DNA of 64,000 nucleotides, from IMG/VR virus record IMGVR_UViG_3300028844_004984, one strand, 5' to 3'. The position numbers and the translations under genes were made by a program. Positions 1 through 9,818 of the stretch are shown here, piece by piece (position 1 is the first letter of the stretch; each line of letters opens with the position of its first letter). Source of the stretch: a virus. The notes beneath the pieces are model-generated. The model was given only the letters and a program-made list of their open reading frames with translations. It searched no databases and was not told where the DNA came from.

Positions 1-2
1 GA

Positions 3-485
3 ATCGCACTACATAAGAATCCATACAGATATGGTTCTACTAAATTCTTTGAGTACTACAACGATTTGAGAGCACTAAAGCTAGAGACTGTATCCAAAGA
101 TTTAGATATGTTTCTAAGTTCTGATATAGGTACGGTTGGGGTTTACGAAGGTAATGATGTACTTTTAGATTTCCCAATGTTAGTAGAAGCCGAATATCAA
201 GGTAAAAAAGTTGAACTTAACAAACCAAAGAGAGGTGGCTCCAAAAAGTTTCAGGTTTATGTAAAAGACCCTAAAACAGGAAATATCAGAAAAGTAGCAT
301 TTGGGGCAGATAGTGGTGGTGGTAAATTAGCAGTTAAGTTAAAAGACCCTAAAGCAAAAGCCGCATTCAAATCAAGACATAATTGTGAACAAACAAAGGA
401 TAAAACAACTGCCTCATACTGGAGTTGTAGATTACCTCGTTACGCAAAATCATTAGGTTTAAGTGGTGGTGGGCAGTGGTGGTAA
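3..485 (+). CDS. Conserved phage hypothetical protein, 5'-truncated by the window edge (C-terminus resembles DUF6321)
   Basis: Frame is open from position 3. C-terminal motifs KKFQVYVKDP..VAFG..AFKSRHNC..ASYWSC. Confidence 0.6.
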   Translation: MALHKNPYRYGSTKFFEYYNDLRALKLETVSKDLDMFLSSDIGTVGVYEGNDVLLDFPMLVEAEYQGKKVELNKPKRGGSKKFQVYVKDPKTGNIRKVAFGADSGGGKLAVKLKDPKAKAAFKSRHNCEQTKDKTTASYWSCRLPRYAKSLGLSGGGQWW

Positions 486-750
486 TCCATATAACGAAGT
501 AAGTAAAGGTAATAATACTTACATCAGAGAGTTCTCAGTAGATACCGATTCATCAGAGTTGGTTTGGCACAGAGATAAAGAAGATAGAGAGGTTACAATC
601 CTAGGAGGTAGGGGTTGGAAGTTTCAATATGATGATGAACTTCCGTTTGAGCTAAAAGAGGGTGATACGATTCGTATTAACAAATTAGAGTATCACAGAA
701 TCATTAAAGGTGATACAAATCTCAAAATACGTTTATTGAAAATATTTTAA
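463..750 (+). CDS. Small cupin-fold protein (start uncertain)
   Basis: WHRD.EDR..GW.FQ..LKEGD.I.I...EYHR cupin-like pattern. Confidence 0.6.
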   Translation: MVVGSGGNPYNEVSKGNNTYIREFSVDTDSSELVWHRDKEDREVTILGGRGWKFQYDDELPFELKEGDTIRINKLEYHRIIKGDTNLKIRLLKIF

Positions 751-758
751 TATTTATA
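751..758 (+). promoter_or_regulatory. Putative late promoter TATTTATA
   Basis: Recurrent intergenic octamer upstream of structural genes. Confidence 0.6.
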
Positions 759-800
759 TACGACCGTTGGTCAAAAATAGTTTAATTAAAAAGGTATATT

Positions 801-1133
801 ATGAATACATTGTTGGTAATTTTAGCATTAGTTGCTGTAGCTGCGGGTACATACGCAGTATTGTTGTACACAGGTAAAATCAAAGATGAAGATGGAGATT
901 TTATTCCTGATGTAGTGGAAGATAAAGTGGAAGATATCAAAGAAGATATTACTGAAGTAAAGACTGAGGTTAAGAGACGTGCTAAGAGAGTAAAAGAAGA
1001 AATTAAAGACGTAAAAGCCGCTGGTAAGAATCTTGTTAAGCAATCTAAAGATGTTGTAGAAGCTGCAAAAGGTGGAAACCGTAAAGGTAGACGGCCGTCA
1101 AACAGAAGAAAAAAACCAGCTGCTAAGAAATAA
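801..1133 (+). CDS. Membrane-anchored hypothetical protein (possible lysis accessory)
   Basis: N-terminal hydrophobic helix, charged coiled region, basic tail. Confidence 0.55.
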   Translation: MNTLLVILALVAVAAGTYAVLLYTGKIKDEDGDFIPDVVEDKVEDIKEDITEVKTEVKRRAKRVKEEIKDVKAAGKNLVKQSKDVVEAAKGGNRKGRRPSNRRKKPAAKK

Positions 1134-1141
1134 ATTAGTGG

Positions 1142-1726
1142 ATGAAATCATATTTCGGAGATATACGAAATCTAATAATATTTGGTTTAATAGTAGTAAT
1201 TCTATTGTTGAGGCAATGTTCTGGTGATGTAACTCCAACTGAACCTGTAACCATTACCAAAACAGAAGTTAGGTATGATACGATTACAAATGAAGTTACG
1301 AAATATGTACCAAAAATAGTTACGAAGATAGAAACACAGATAGATACTCTGTTGGTATCGCAAGAGATTGATACATTATCCATATTAGAAGATTACTTCG
1401 CAACATATATCTACGAAGATTTTCAGAATTTGGATTCACTCAATCTAACCATAACTGATACGATATCACAAAACAAAATCTTATCAAGAAAAATTGTATA
1501 TGATTTAATCTATCCTACCGTAACTGTTACTGAAACCAGATACATAAACCAAAGAGAGTTTTATGCTGGGTTTGGGTTAAGTGGTAGAACTGACCAATTC
1601 AACTATGCTGGTGGTCAGCTACTATACAGAACGAAAAACAAACAGGCGTTTGGGTTGGGTGTGGGTTTAAATCAAAATTTTGAGCCAGTTATTTCAACCC
1701 AATTCCTTTGGAAATTGGGAAAGTAA
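1142..1726 (+). CDS. Envelope protein, possible spanin-like lysis protein
   Basis: N-terminal TM segment followed by Cys (LLLRQC); C-terminal amphipathic beta-strands. Confidence 0.45.
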   Translation: MKSYFGDIRNLIIFGLIVVILLLRQCSGDVTPTEPVTITKTEVRYDTITNEVTKYVPKIVTKIETQIDTLLVSQEIDTLSILEDYFATYIYEDFQNLDSLNLTITDTISQNKILSRKIVYDLIYPTVTVTETRYINQREFYAGFGLSGRTDQFNYAGGQLLYRTKNKQAFGLGVGLNQNFEPVISTQFLWKLGK

Positions 1727-3297
1727 TGGCCAAAACAATAAAAGAACTTATTAGGGAAGAGTACGTTAAATGTGCTAAAAACCCAGTTTACTTCTTTAAG
1801 AAGTATTGTTACATTCAACACCCAAAAAGAGGTAAGATTCTTTTTGATTTGTACCCCTTCCAAGAAGATGTTATGGGTGAGTTAGATGAACATCGTTACA
1901 ATGTGATTCTTAAATCACGCCAGCTAGGTATCTCAACATTATCCGCAGGTTATTCTTTATGGATGATGTTATTTCACGAAGATAAAAACATATTGGTAAT
2001 TGCAACCAAACAAGAGGTAGCTAAAAATTTGGTTACCAAAGTAAGATATATGCATGAGAACCTACCCAGCTGGCTTAAAGGTGATACTGTAGAAGATAAT
2101 AAACTATCTTTAAGATTAGGTAATGGTTCAACAATTAAAGCAACATCAGCAAGTGGTGATGCTGGTCGTTCTGAAGCATTATCAATGTTGATTATAGATG
2201 AGGGCGCATTTATCAAAGGTATTGATGAGATATGGGCATCGGCTCAATCTACATTATCAACGGGTGGTAAGGCAATCGTATTATCAACCCCAAATGGCGT
2301 TGGTAACTTCTTCCATAAAACTTGGTTAAAGGGTGAAGAGGGTGATGGTTGGAATCCAATCAAATTACATTGGACTGTACATCCTGAAAGAAATGATAAG
2401 TGGAGAGCAGAACAAACTCAACTATTGGGTGAGAAGATGGCAGCACAAGAGTGTGATTGTGATTTTATCTCATCTGGTTACACAGTTGTAGATGGCCAAC
2501 TATTAAAGTGGTTTGAAGAAACGCATGTGCAAGAACCTGTAGAGCAAAGAGGTTTCGATGGTAACTATTGGATGTGGCAACAACCCAATTATTCGAGAGA
2601 TTATATTGTGGTGGCTGACGTTGCGAGAGGTGATGGAGCTGACTACTCAGCATTTCACGTTATAGATGTGGAAGCTGTAGAGCAAGTTGCTGAGTACAGA
2701 GGTAAGATTGAAACCAAACACTATGGTAATATGTTGGTTAACGTTGCAACTGAGTGGAATGATGCACTTCTTGTGATTGAGAACGCAAACATTGGTTGGG
2801 CTGTAATTCAAGAAGCAATTGATAGAAACTATACAAATCTATATTACTCATATAAGGAGTTTGGATATGTTGATGAAGATATCCACCTACAGAAAGCATA
2901 TGATTTGAAAGATAAAGCACAAATGGTTCCTGGTTTTTCTATGACGAGTAGGACTCGACCACTTGTTATATCCAAATTAGATACCTATATGAGAGAGCGA
3001 GTTCCAATCGTTCGTTCTAAAAGATTGATTGATGAGTTGTTCACATTTATTTGGAATGGTAGTAGAGCGGAAGCACAATCAGGTTACAATGATGATTTGG
3101 TAATGTCCTTCTGTACCGCACTATGGGTTAGAGATACTGCGTTGAAGTTACGACAGCAGGGAATTGAACTAAACCGAAAAGCTCTATCAATGACCAGAAA
3201 GAATTCAGGTGTATTCAAAACAAACCCACAAGCGGCAAAAAGTAGCTGGCAAATGAGAACTGGTAGGGGTGATGAAGATATAAGTTGGTTACTTTGA
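1726..3297 (+). CDS. terL: Terminase large subunit (T4 gp17-like)
   Basis: LYPFQ motif, Walker A KSRQLGIST, Walker B LIIDE, STPNG, nuclease ADVARG and NDDLVM. ATG overlaps the upstream TAA. Confidence 0.96.
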   Translation: MAKTIKELIREEYVKCAKNPVYFFKKYCYIQHPKRGKILFDLYPFQEDVMGELDEHRYNVILKSRQLGISTLSAGYSLWMMLFHEDKNILVIATKQEVAKNLVTKVRYMHENLPSWLKGDTVEDNKLSLRLGNGSTIKATSASGDAGRSEALSMLIIDEGAFIKGIDEIWASAQSTLSTGGKAIVLSTPNGVGNFFHKTWLKGEEGDGWNPIKLHWTVHPERNDKWRAEQTQLLGEKMAAQECDCDFISSGYTVVDGQLLKWFEETHVQEPVEQRGFDGNYWMWQQPNYSRDYIVVADVARGDGADYSAFHVIDVEAVEQVAEYRGKIETKHYGNMLVNVATEWNDALLVIENANIGWAVIQEAIDRNYTNLYYSYKEFGYVDEDIHLQKAYDLKDKAQMVPGFSMTSRTRPLVISKLDTYMRERVPIVRSKRLIDELFTFIWNGSRAEAQSGYNDDLVMSFCTALWVRDTALKLRQQGIELNRKALSMTRKNSGVFKTNPQAAKSSWQMRTGRGDEDISWLL

Positions 3298-3331
3298 TTT
3301 GGATATTAAAAATAATTTTCGTATATTTATA
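3298..3331 (+). promoter_or_regulatory. Overlapping Bacteroidota-type promoter (TTTG-N20-TATATTTA) and late TATTTATA motif upstream of portal
   Basis: TTTG at 3298, TATATTTA at 3322, TATTTATA at 3324-3331. Confidence 0.55.
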
Positions 3332-3361
3332 GATTGTAATGGTATATAAAAGAATAAGATT

Positions 3362-5239
3362 ATGGCAGATACTACATTATTTGGTAGATTAAGGCGGTTG
3401 TTCTCAACTCAAGTCGTTGTACGTCGGGTTGGTAAAAACAAATTAAAAGTGGTTGATTCATCTCGACTGCAAGGTGATGGTAACCGCAGAGGTTCTGCGT
3501 ACTACGATAGGTATGGTAGATTGCATGGTTCTAACTCAAGAAAGAATTGGCAAACATACAATGAAAGATTCAACTACCATTCAAACAAACTTGAGTTGTA
3601 CACCGATTATGAGGCGATGGATAAGGATTCAATCATCTCATCAATCTTAGATATCTACTCAGATGAGTGCACACTAAAGAACGATATGGGTGATGTGATT
3701 CGAATCAACTCATCAGATGAGAAACTAAAGAAAACACTACACAACCTATTCTATGATGTATTGAATATTGAGTTCAATCTTTGGTCTTGGGTTAGAGGTA
3801 TGAACAAATATGGTGATTACTATTTGTATTTGGATATCGATGATGATTTGGGTATCGTAAACGTACAGCCATTATCAGCATATGAGACTAGAAGAGAAGA
3901 AGGATATGATTTAGATAATCCCTATTCAGTAAGATTTGAGGTTGAAGAACAAAACACAAATGCAATCTCACAAAGAAACAATACTAAGTTTTTAGAATCA
4001 TTTCAAGTAGCTCACTTTAGATTACTTACAGATACAAACTTCTTACCATATGGACGTTCGCTGTTAGAAGGTGCAAGAAAGACTTGGAAGCAATTAACTC
4101 TTATGGAAGATGCTATGATGATTCATAGAATTATGAGAGCACCTGAAAAGAGGATTTTTAAAATTGATATTGGTAACATCCCACCGGGTGAGGTTGACCA
4201 GTATATGCAAAACATTATCTCTCAAATGAAGAAAACTCCATATTTGGATGAATCGACTGGAGACTACAATTTAAAATTCAACCTTCAAAATATGTTGGAA
4301 GATTATTATCTGCCAGTTCGTGGTGGACAAAGTGGTACTGAGATTGATTCTTTAAGTGGTATGGAATTTACTGGTATTGATGATATCGAATACTTAAAAA
4401 ATCGTATGATGGCAGCACTCAAAGTTCCAAAAGCATTTATTGGATATGAAGAGGGTGTTGAAGGTAAAGCAACATTAGCACAAGAGGATATTAGATTCGC
4501 ACGTTCAGTTGAGAGAATCCAAAAGATTGTTCTTTCCGAACTAACAAAGATAGCAATTGTACACTTATATACACAAGGTTATACGGATGAGGAGTTGGTA
4601 AACTTTGAGTTAGAACTTACAAATCCATCCATCATCTATGAACAAGAGAAAGCAAATTTATGGTCTGAAAAAGTAAATCTCGTTAGAGATATGAAAGACC
4701 TAAAAATGGTATCACAGGAGTGGATGTACAAAAACATATTTAATATGAGTGAAGATGAGTGGACCAAAGAGCAGTACAATGTTATTAGTGATTTGAAATT
4801 AGGATTCAGACACGAACAAATAGAAAACGAAGGAAACGACCCGGTTAAGACTGGAGAATCGTTTGGTACACCACATGATTTAGCAGCAATGAGCCAACAG
4901 AGTAGTGATGATAGTGCAGGTGGAGATAATCCATTTGGTGAAAATAAAGGTGGAGCACCCAAAGGTGGTTTTGATGGAGCTGGTAGACCTAAAGAGGGTG
5001 GTAACTACGGAACAGATGATAATCCATTTGGTAGAGACCCGCTGGGTAACAAATCAATTTCGGCAAAAGCAGAAAAGTATAATTCATCATCTGTAATCAA
5101 TAAAGAGAACACAGATGCTATGCTTTCACAGATGAAACGAAATGTTAAGACCAAAAAAATTATAATGGAATCCCTATCTGATGATAGCTCTGAAGAGACG
5201 GTATCTCTATTAGATGAAAAAAACATATTGGATTCTTAA
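3362..5239 (+). CDS. Portal protein (T4 gp20-like)
   Basis: LMEDAMMIHRIMRAPEKRIFKIDIGN, MLEDYYLPVRGG..GTEID.L.G, ALKVPK. Confidence 0.95.
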   Translation: MADTTLFGRLRRLFSTQVVVRRVGKNKLKVVDSSRLQGDGNRRGSAYYDRYGRLHGSNSRKNWQTYNERFNYHSNKLELYTDYEAMDKDSIISSILDIYSDECTLKNDMGDVIRINSSDEKLKKTLHNLFYDVLNIEFNLWSWVRGMNKYGDYYLYLDIDDDLGIVNVQPLSAYETRREEGYDLDNPYSVRFEVEEQNTNAISQRNNTKFLESFQVAHFRLLTDTNFLPYGRSLLEGARKTWKQLTLMEDAMMIHRIMRAPEKRIFKIDIGNIPPGEVDQYMQNIISQMKKTPYLDESTGDYNLKFNLQNMLEDYYLPVRGGQSGTEIDSLSGMEFTGIDDIEYLKNRMMAALKVPKAFIGYEEGVEGKATLAQEDIRFARSVERIQKIVLSELTKIAIVHLYTQGYTDEELVNFELELTNPSIIYEQEKANLWSEKVNLVRDMKDLKMVSQEWMYKNIFNMSEDEWTKEQYNVISDLKLGFRHEQIENEGNDPVKTGESFGTPHDLAAMSQQSSDDSAGGDNPFGENKGGAPKGGFDGAGRPKEGGNYGTDDNPFGRDPLGNKSISAKAEKYNSSSVINKENTDAMLSQMKRNVKTKKIIMESLSDDSSEETVSLLDEKNILDS

Positions 5240-5247
5240 AAATTCAA

Positions 5248-5255
5248 TATTTATA
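5248..5255 (+). promoter_or_regulatory. Putative late promoter TATTTATA
   Basis: Exact octamer in intergenic gap. Confidence 0.6.
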
Positions 5256-5297
5256 ATAAATATATAGTTGATTTCGTGAAAAACGATGAGGAACACA

Positions 5298-6146
5298 ATG
5301 AGAAAACTAAAACATAGTAAGTATAAGAATACGGGAATATTGTTTGAGTTATTGGTACGTCAAATCGCTACCGATACGTTAAACAATCGTGATTCAAAAG
5401 CTACTTACATAATAAAGGAGTTTTTTGGTAAAAAAGCTGAGCTCGCTAAGGAGTTAAAATTGTATAAGCTTTTTACAGAAGAAAATTTTAGTTCAGAGTA
5501 TAAAGCATCCGAATTTGTAAACATTGTGTTGGAGGAGAGACGGAAGTTAAATGATTCTGTTTTAAACAGACAGAAGTACAACCTCATCAAAGCAATTAAG
5601 AAAACATTTGTGTTAGAAGATTTTTTCAACTATAGAGTATCTAATTACAAAGAAAACGCATCTGTATATAAGTTGTTCGAACACAACAAATCAGATAACC
5701 CAAAAGAATATGTTGAGTGTAAATCTACACTATTAGAGCACTTGACTGGGAAGCAATCACAATCAGATAATGTGGTTACTACAATCAATGAAGATTATTC
5801 AAAGCAGCCAAAAGAAGTTAGATTATTGGCTTGGAAGATGTTAGTTGAAAACTTCAACGATAAATACACACACCTTACGGATAAGCAACGTGATATACTT
5901 AGAGAGTACATCAACTCAGTCGATAATTCAGAAAAACTAAAAAAGTTCGTTGTTAGAGAATGTAACTCTCTGAAGAAATCTATAAACGAAATCAATGTTT
6001 CGGATAAGGTTACTCAGATAAAAGTAAACGAAGTTGTAAAGTTGATTTCTAAATTGAAGAATTCAAAAGTTATTACAGAATCTCAGATTCTATCGTTATT
6101 GAGATACTATGAGTTAAGTGATGAACTAAAAAGGGTTTTCAAATGA
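5298..6146 (+). CDS. Head-module hypothetical protein (start 5286 or 5298)
   Basis: Long ORF between portal and protease; N-terminus KHSKYKNTGILFELL. Confidence 0.6.
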   Translation: MRKLKHSKYKNTGILFELLVRQIATDTLNNRDSKATYIIKEFFGKKAELAKELKLYKLFTEENFSSEYKASEFVNIVLEERRKLNDSVLNRQKYNLIKAIKKTFVLEDFFNYRVSNYKENASVYKLFEHNKSDNPKEYVECKSTLLEHLTGKQSQSDNVVTTINEDYSKQPKEVRLLAWKMLVENFNDKYTHLTDKQRDILREYINSVDNSEKLKKFVVRECNSLKKSINEINVSDKVTQIKVNEVVKLISKLKNSKVITESQILSLLRYYELSDELKRVFK

Positions 6147-6631
6147 AAAGCTTGCTAAGAGAGATTGAAGATAAGTTTGAAGAAATCGATGAGGCCAATG
6201 TAACTGGTAACTTAGATGGCGGTGAAGGTCCTATAAAAACCCCACATGCATTTGCTAAAAGTGATGATGAGGATGATTTAGATACAGACCATATTGAAGT
6301 ATTGGGATATAAGAAATCTAAGGAGAGTAAAATGAATACTAAAAAGTTAGAATCATTGGAACGAAAGTTAGAAGATAAAATCAATGAGATTTCATATAAG
6401 GAGTTTAAGAAAGATGATTCAAGAAAGAACCATCAGAAGATTAACGATTCAATCAAAGAAATCAACAGTATGTTGTTTAAGTTGGAAAGAATTGTTAATC
6501 AAAATGCAAAACTGAAAACTGAGGCAGAAGTACACAGTGGTCAGTATTGGAAATCTACACAGAAAAGATTTGGAAAAATATCCGAAAGAATGTTAACTGT
6601 TGCTCGTAAGTTAAAAGAGTTGAGTGCATGA
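6143..6631 (+). CDS. Hypothetical head-associated protein
   Basis: ATGA overlap with the upstream gene; several I/L-x-E sites. Confidence 0.6.
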   Translation: MKSLLREIEDKFEEIDEANVTGNLDGGEGPIKTPHAFAKSDDEDDLDTDHIEVLGYKKSKESKMNTKKLESLERKLEDKINEISYKEFKKDDSRKNHQKINDSIKEINSMLFKLERIVNQNAKLKTEAEVHSGQYWKSTQKRFGKISERMLTVARKLKELSA

Positions 6632-6762
6632 GTTCTAAAAAGAAAATACTAAAAGAAGAACTCACAAATAAAGATTTGGAGAACATTCGTCTACTTATAA
6701 GATATGAGGTAGCACAAGTCATGTTTGACCTGTACAAAAAACGTAAAACTTGGGGAGCGTAA
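6628..6762 (+). CDS. Small hypothetical protein (44 aa), not in ORF track
   Basis: MSSKKKILKEELTNKDLENIRLLIRYEVAQVMFDLYKKRKTWGA; overlaps both neighbours (ATGA, TAATG). Confidence 0.65.
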   Translation: MSSKKKILKEELTNKDLENIRLLIRYEVAQVMFDLYKKRKTWGA

Positions 6763-7376
6763 TGGGTAAATTACTGATAGATACAATTCCATTTAAAATG
6801 AGTAAATCTCAAATCAACGAATCCATTAAAGAAAACAATGGTAGGTTGATTGTTGAGGGTGTACTACAACGCTCCGAAGCAGAAAATCAAAATGGCAGAA
6901 TCTATCCAACTGAAATTCTCAAAAGAGAAGTTAAGAAATATATGGGTAGAGAAGTTAAGGAGAGTAGAGCATATGGTGAACTCGACCATCCGGAATCTTC
7001 AGTTGTTGAGTTAAAGAATACATCACACATTGTTAGAGATGTTTGGTGGGATGGTAACGATGTAATGGGTAAAGTTGAAATCTTAAAAACACCAGCAGGT
7101 AACATCCTAAAAGAATTGTTGGAAGCTGGGTGTACTGTTGGTATCTCATCAAGAGGTATGGGTTCAGTTAAGGAATCTAACAATGGTGCTACTGTAACTG
7201 TAGAAGATGATTTTGATTTGATTTGTTGGGATTTTGTATCAAACCCATCAACACATGGTGCATTTATGAAACCAGTAAACGAGTCGGTGGGTTCTAAACC
7301 ACAACCATCGTATAAGAAAATAAATACATTAGTGAGAAATATCATCTGCGAAATCGATGGTGTTTGTTCAATATAA
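6762..7376 (+). CDS. Prohead core protease (T4 gp21-like)
   Basis: NQNGRIYP, GELDHP (His), GISSRGMGS (Ser), DFVSNPSTHGA. Confidence 0.95.
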   Translation: MGKLLIDTIPFKMSKSQINESIKENNGRLIVEGVLQRSEAENQNGRIYPTEILKREVKKYMGREVKESRAYGELDHPESSVVELKNTSHIVRDVWWDGNDVMGKVEILKTPAGNILKELLEAGCTVGISSRGMGSVKESNNGATVTVEDDFDLICWDFVSNPSTHGAFMKPVNESVGSKPQPSYKKINTLVRNIICEIDGVCSI

Positions 7377-7386
7377 GAGGAATATT

Positions 7387-9177
7387 ATGAAGTTAACTAA
7401 CCTATTAAATCTAAATGAAGCCAAATACGATATTGGTATGGCTCGTAAGGGTAATGGTATAACAGTATACAACCGAGCTGAAGAAGAGAGTGGTGATTAC
7501 AAAAATGTAGCACATATTGATTCTAAAGGTAAGGTAAAGTATTACGATAAAAAAGTACCATCTAACATTAAGAAACAAATCGAAGCTGAGGCTAAGAAGA
7601 TGGTGGAAATAACAAAAGAGGGAACTATGAAACTAAAAGATATATTAAAAGAATCATTTGAAAGTGGTAAAGTTTATTCAAACCCATTTCACACCCCATT
7701 CGTTAAAGAAAACGATGAAGAGAGAAGAGAAGAATCATCAGAGATGACTAACGAGCAAAAGATGGCATTTTTAGAAGCAGTTAAGGCATACAAATCATTT
7801 GGCGAAACTGTATATAGAAATGAAGGATTGGCTGAAGTTTATGAATCAATCAGAAACGTAGTAGAATCCGCTGGAAAAAATATGGTTAAAGAAACCGAAG
7901 GTTCTTTTGATGGTATTACAGTTGGTAGACACGTAAAGAGAATGAATGAATCATTTAAAATCTTTGAGAAAACTTTAAGAGAAGTTGGAACATTACAACA
8001 AAGATTAGAATCAACTTATGATGAGATTGGTGAAGTATTAGGAAAGTATTACGAAATCAGTGAAGTAGAAGAAAACGATATTGAAGAAGGTAATGAGTTT
8101 GGGGCTGCTAGAGCTAAAGCAATCGCAGCGGGTGATAGCGAATTCGAAGTAGATGGTAAGAAATATCCTGTAAAGGACGTTGATAAAGATGATAAAGAGA
8201 ACGCTAAAAAGTTCGCTAACGAATCTAAATCAATGAAACTTACTTCTATGTTAAAAGAAGGATTTGGTATTGGTGATTTACCATCATCTAAACTACCTAA
8301 GATGAAAATGAGTTTTGCAGAACTTATGAGCGAAGCTAAAAACGACGGTAACTTAGATACTATCGCTGATTATGTAAAACAAGTCTTAGATAGCGGTAAA
8401 TCATTTATGGATATCGGTAAAAAACTTAAAGGTGCATATAAGTATGATTTTAGTACCGGCATGATGCCGATGTATGTTATTCCAGTATCTGGAAATAAAA
8501 TTGTTATAATTAACAAAAAATACGTTGAAAAAGGACAAGCGGATAGAATCGTTGGTGATATTGCAATCGGCCTGATGGAAAATATCAAAAACGGATTAAC
8601 AACCGAAGGTAAAGATGATTTCAACGCAAGCTATTCTGGTGTGAACATCAACCTAAAGAAAGGTTATAAGAAACACAACGAAGATGATTTGATGAAACTA
8701 TATTCTGCACTCGGAAAGGCAATAAATCGTGTGAAGGGTGTGAAATCAGTTGAGGTTGTATTTGAAGGTGTAGTGAACGAAAGTAAGTACACTGTAATCA
8801 ACCCATCAAATGGTAACCCAATGGGTTTCGGCTCAAAAGCTCAAGCAGTTGCGATGGCTAAAAAGAAGGGTGGTAGTAAGAAGGGATTCTATGTAGTTCC
8901 ACAGAAGAACGCTTTGAAAGCCAGAAGAGCAATGGAAAAGCATCAGTTCAAAATGACATCTAAGTTAAAGGGTATTCTTGATAATTTGTACTACGAAAGT
9001 ACAATCGAACAACTTGTTGGTGAAGGAGCATCTACCGAAGAGAAGCGAATCGTTATGTTGGCAGTTAGAAAAATCGCTAAATACAGAAACGTTGATATCG
9101 AAACCGCAGCACTTGATGTGATGAGAGCAGCAAATGAGTTGGAAAGAGATATCAAAAAAGGTAAGGTAAAGAAATAA
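7387..9177 (+). CDS. Modular hypothetical protein, probable internal head polyprotein
   Basis: SD GAGG before ATG 7387; repeated MKL..(L/I)L.E segments and many x-x-E-(A/S/G) sites. Confidence 0.55.
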   Translation: MKLTNLLNLNEAKYDIGMARKGNGITVYNRAEEESGDYKNVAHIDSKGKVKYYDKKVPSNIKKQIEAEAKKMVEITKEGTMKLKDILKESFESGKVYSNPFHTPFVKENDEERREESSEMTNEQKMAFLEAVKAYKSFGETVYRNEGLAEVYESIRNVVESAGKNMVKETEGSFDGITVGRHVKRMNESFKIFEKTLREVGTLQQRLESTYDEIGEVLGKYYEISEVEENDIEEGNEFGAARAKAIAAGDSEFEVDGKKYPVKDVDKDDKENAKKFANESKSMKLTSMLKEGFGIGDLPSSKLPKMKMSFAELMSEAKNDGNLDTIADYVKQVLDSGKSFMDIGKKLKGAYKYDFSTGMMPMYVIPVSGNKIVIINKKYVEKGQADRIVGDIAIGLMENIKNGLTTEGKDDFNASYSGVNINLKKGYKKHNEDDLMKLYSALGKAINRVKGVKSVEVVFEGVVNESKYTVINPSNGNPMGFGSKAQAVAMAKKKGGSKKGFYVVPQKNALKARRAMEKHQFKMTSKLKGILDNLYYESTIEQLVGEGASTEEKRIVMLAVRKIAKYRNVDIETAALDVMRAANELERDIKKGKVKK

Positions 9178-9332
9178 TGGATAAGATTGAATTACTTCAG
9201 GAATTATCTGTTGAATTATCTCAAATGGTAAAGAAGCACATCAAACACATTAAGCAGTTAGATGGTAAGACCCAACGGCAATTAGGAAAGTTGATTGGTG
9301 ATTTCAAAGATGGTCTAGATGATATGAGCTAA
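9177..9332 (+). CDS. Small hypothetical protein (51 aa), not in ORF track
   Basis: TAATG coupling; MDKIELLQELSVELSQMVKKH... Confidence 0.6.
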   Translation: MDKIELLQELSVELSQMVKKHIKHIKQLDGKTQRQLGKLIGDFKDGLDDMS

Positions 9333-9358
9333 ACTTAACTTTATAAAAAATATTCAGA

Positions 9359-9366
9359 TATTTATA
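9359..9366 (+). promoter_or_regulatory. Putative late promoter TATTTATA upstream of bS21
   Basis: Exact octamer. Confidence 0.55.
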
Positions 9367-9400
9367 TACACCTATCGGTATTCGGTAGGTGTATTTTTTT
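9366..9400 (+). terminator. Intrinsic terminator-like hairpin
   Basis: ATACACCTATCG-GTATT-CGGTAGGTGTAT followed by a T-run. Confidence 0.65.
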
Positions 9401-9412
9401 AACATAGAATAT

Positions 9413-9664
9413 ATGCAGAATAACAAACCTTACAAAAAAGCAAAACGTGAAGATATGGATATTCCGGGTTGTGCTACAGGAGTTAGAGTAATTAATGGTA
9501 ACATTGAGTTGGCATTAAAAGTGTGGAAGCGTAAACTCAAAGATAGTAATAAGCTTGAAGAGTTGAAAGACCGTAAAGAATATACCAAACCAACTACTAA
9601 GCGTAGAAAGCAAAAGAAAGATGCCATCAGAGCAGAATGGCGTAGAAGAAACTACGAAATTTAA
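9413..9664 (+). CDS. rpsU: Phage-encoded 30S ribosomal protein bS21
   Basis: V.V.NGNIELALKVWKRK...LEELKDRKEYTKPTTKRR matches the bS21 signature. Confidence 0.88.
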   Translation: MQNNKPYKKAKREDMDIPGCATGVRVINGNIELALKVWKRKLKDSNKLEELKDRKEYTKPTTKRRKQKKDAIRAEWRRRNYEI

Positions 9665-9818
9665 TTGGTAAACACTTTTTTAGTGTTTTCAATTTTATTA
9701 CACTATTTATTGTAGATTATAATATCACCTCTAAATAGGTGGTTAAAATATTAGTATATAATATTCTATTAAGATTCTCAATAATCTTATTTCCAAAACA
9801 AATTTTAGGAGAACAATT

